64,000 nt of DNA from Selaginella moellendorffii. Its lineage: Eukaryota; Plantae; Lycopodiophyta. The position numbers were made by a program, and so were the translations under genes. This document shows, in pieces, positions 61,281 to 64,000 of this stretch (positions within the stretch are counted from its first letter, which is position 1; each line of letters begins with the position of its first letter). The notes under the pieces are model-generated. The model was not told where the DNA came from, did no database searches, and saw nothing but the letters and a program-made list of their open reading frames with translations. Where the stretch lies: the NCBI RefSeq assembly GCF_000143415.4, contig NW_003314411.1:124452-188451 (forward strand), written 5' to 3'.

Positions 61281-62039
61281 CGGCCTTCCATTATTCCGAG
61301 AGGAGGGGATGATATGAGGGCCAAGTGTACGGTTACGATGCCGTATACTAATATTAGCGTAGTGGATTTTGGTAGCTGTCGGATTGGTTTCAATCCGGAC
61401 CACTCGCTCCGGTATATAAGCTAGGGTTTTTGGGCTAATTGATATGCACATTTCTGTATTCCCTTTCCATATTCCATGCACTCACAATTCTAAATTTCCT
61501 TTTTGTTCTTATATTTCCTATTTAGGTCCATTAAAAAATCTTTATACTTTAGTGTTTGACCAGCTTAGAAAAAGTATGTTAATCTCTTTGACTTTGATTT
61601 ATTATTTGAGATTAATATTGCAATGGATTATCATATTCTAACTAGGGATGCGTGTTTGATTAAGGTTTTTGTTTATTATTTTTAATTAAAAGAGATCAAA
61701 ATTTTATGAGTAAATATTCAAGAGATATTAGAGAAGAATGTTATCTAAAAGTCCTAGAGTCCTTAAGCGTGTGTGTGATGAAACTTATAGAAGTATTCAT
61801 TTTTACACTGATAATTATCCATTAAATTATATGACTATTCCAGATGTGTATCTTTTTCTTCCTACTACTAATCTTCTAAATTGTTTAGGGAAAAAGCATT
61901 AGTTCACCAACTTGGATTTTATTTTTGGGTACTGACAAGTGTCGATGGCTGAGGAAAATATTCCCAAAAATAACTTTTATACACTATTTGGTTTATACAA
62001 GTTCTTGATGATGCTATTTAGTTTAAATAATGGTTTTGT

Positions 62040-62605
62040 TAATCATCCACCCATACTATAGTCCTATAATGAATACTTCCATTTCTACAATGAATTTATT
62101 AATCCTTTTATTATGTAGATTAGGTACTTTATATGAGGCAACTAATCATTCATTTGTACCATAGTTCCACAGTGGATACCTTTGTCTGTGGATGCCTTAT
62201 AAAATAAAAAATATACTTATAGATGCCTAATTTGTACAATTTTAATTTTAAAGGTAGGAATATACTTTATTCAAGGGTATTGCAGTCCCACAATAAATAC
62301 CTTCATCTGTGAATGCCCTACAAGACAAAGGATGTACTTATGGATGCCCAATATGCATAATTTCAATTGTAGGGGTAGGAATATACTTTGTTCAAGGGTA
62401 TATTATATTTTAAGTAGCCACTAATTAATGGGAATTGAACTTGTGTTATTTACTCTAATACTACATGTAGCACACTTTATCTCTCTCCTATTAAACTAAT
62501 TGGAAAAGAAGCGATTACTTGATAAGAAAGTTTTCAGTATTTTATCCAAGGTTCCAAGGATTCATAGTGATAATATATCCAAATTTCATCATATGATCAC
62601 ATATA
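62040..62605 (-). mobile_element. Degenerate TRIM copy with internal duplications
   Basis: Homology to 34190-34598 (gggtaggaatatact..caagggtatattatattttaagtagccacta..tgtagcacac..atgatcaca). Confidence 0.7.
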
Positions 62606-62989
62606 TATTCTTAATATCACCTTAAGAGAAACTTTTTTACTTCATGGGGATTCATATTGATAATTATTAATAATTATCATACTTTTGATCTTTATTCTAT
62701 ATTTTTTCTATACTTACTATAACTCTTCTATTCTAAGCAAGCATATAAAACATCAATGTGTGACAAAAAAGTTACATGTCTTTATATTGACTAAAGATTG
62801 TAAGATAATATTATCCAATATATGTATAGTTGTGTTTGGATCCAAGTTTATAATACTCCCCTTTATACTATGAAAGGATAATTGAAGTTAATTTTAGCTT
62901 TCTACCCATAATTATTTGACTTATTTATAAAAGTTAATGTGTTTGCAATTACTATTAGATATATCCTCTTAAATTCAATGATGTTTCAA

Positions 62990-63590
62990 TATTCTTGTTT
63001 GAAGAGGATTTTGTTAGGCATTGATCTTGTGGCTGAGGTGTTTCACATTTTGACATCTCAATTGAGGATATATTACACTTTTATTATCATCCATAAATTG
63101 ATGGTTTGATAGAATAACTTGTTCAAGGGGATGATCATGAAGTATATCAACTTTTAACATTCAAATTAAGATAGTTATTTACCATATCTTATATATGCAT
63201 ATATCAGAAGGGTGTAGAATTCTATGGTGCTTTACCATATAAACTCTTATATAGTAATAACTTTATATTGCCATCTAAGTTGAGTTTATTTTCAAAATTG
63301 CTACAAGTTGTTAATATTAGGTTTTGGAATCAATATGTAATGAGCATTCTTTCATTAGTTTGAGTGGAGTCTACTAAACATTTAGGCCATATACAAATGG
63401 GATAACAACATTGTTGGGATAATAACATTGCAACCCTTATCATCATCCAATTATGGAGTACAAAATGGATGATTTGATATTGGTTTATTTTCCTAATCCT
63501 ACAGTATATAATTTGGTCCTTGCCTAGTTGAAGGGATTATATCAAATGTTGTGGCATATTAGATTGTAAATTTATGATATATACTTTTAG
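62990..63590 (+). mobile_element. Heavily decayed integrase relic of the same gypsy family
   Basis: Colinear with 60510-61130 but with pervasive C>T/G>A changes. Confidence 0.75.
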
Positions 63591-64000
63591 AGGCAATAAC
63601 CTCTGGAGGAGGTGGTGGAATACGAGTGAAATCAAAATAAGTAAGAAACATAAAATATCAAAAGTAAGCCGATGAATAGAGGAAAATTGAGTCAATAAAT
63701 AACCTCAAAGGCGTGAGAAAGCACAAAGAAACACTTAGATGTTGTTAATCTAACTTATTACAAGGGTGTATTGTCTTCTAATGACGACAAAGAAGACAAA
63801 CCTTTGATCCAATTAAAAAAGAAGGATTACATTGATGAGAATAATTAGCAATATAGCAATAAAAATCTTAAGAATAAAAAAGGATGATGAACTTCCTCAT
63901 AAAGAGAATCCTGTAATAAAAATTATAAAACTATATGTTATAAGAAATGAATATAACCAATGAGGATGAAAGCCATAATTAAAAACTTAAGAACTTAAGA

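Larger units (their letters stand above)
56476..61486 (+). mobile_element. Full-length Ty3/gypsy LTR retrotransposon (non-chromovirus), pol inactivated
   Basis: 174-bp LTRs 56476-56649 and 61313-61486 (7 mismatches), 4-bp TSD ATTC, PBS TGGTGGAGGTGAGGGG (tRNA-Ala-like), PPT GAGAGGAGGGGATGA. Confidence 0.95.

Overview
Eukaryotic plant genomic DNA, most consistent with a lycophyte such as Selaginella (inferred from ~50-60 nt introns, dense genes and the PLS-PPR style). The gene-rich left arm (1-15.4 kb) holds a GTE bromodomain gene (partial), a 3-member C/D snoRNA cluster, proteasome beta-3, a GH9 endoglucanase, a PLS-PPR gene whose 3' end overlaps an antisense tRNA-Ile, a second tRNA-Ile, CBP1/MEE14, an aldo-keto reductase and a modular membrane protein. 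The most notable object is a 12.45 kb TIR DNA transposon (17606-30057; 24-bp TIRs, TAGA TSD). It carries an intact Sola-type DDD transposase and a divergent 11-exon cargo gene (ParB-like, degenerate N6/N4-methyltransferase-like and FCP1/NIF phosphatase-like domains). About 21 copies of a 20-bp palindrome (consensus TGGCRTGWGGCCWCAYGCCA) occur only inside this element, including inside its tiny introns. Together these suggest a possible parS/VANC-like self-recognition system. To the right lie LTR/TRIM relics, GAE, the mycorrhizal GRAS factor RAD1 (two P1BS sites upstream), rearranged duplications, GILT, and a full-length Ty3/gypsy element with a -1 frameshift pseudoknot. All domain and family calls come from motif recognition by eye, not database searches.
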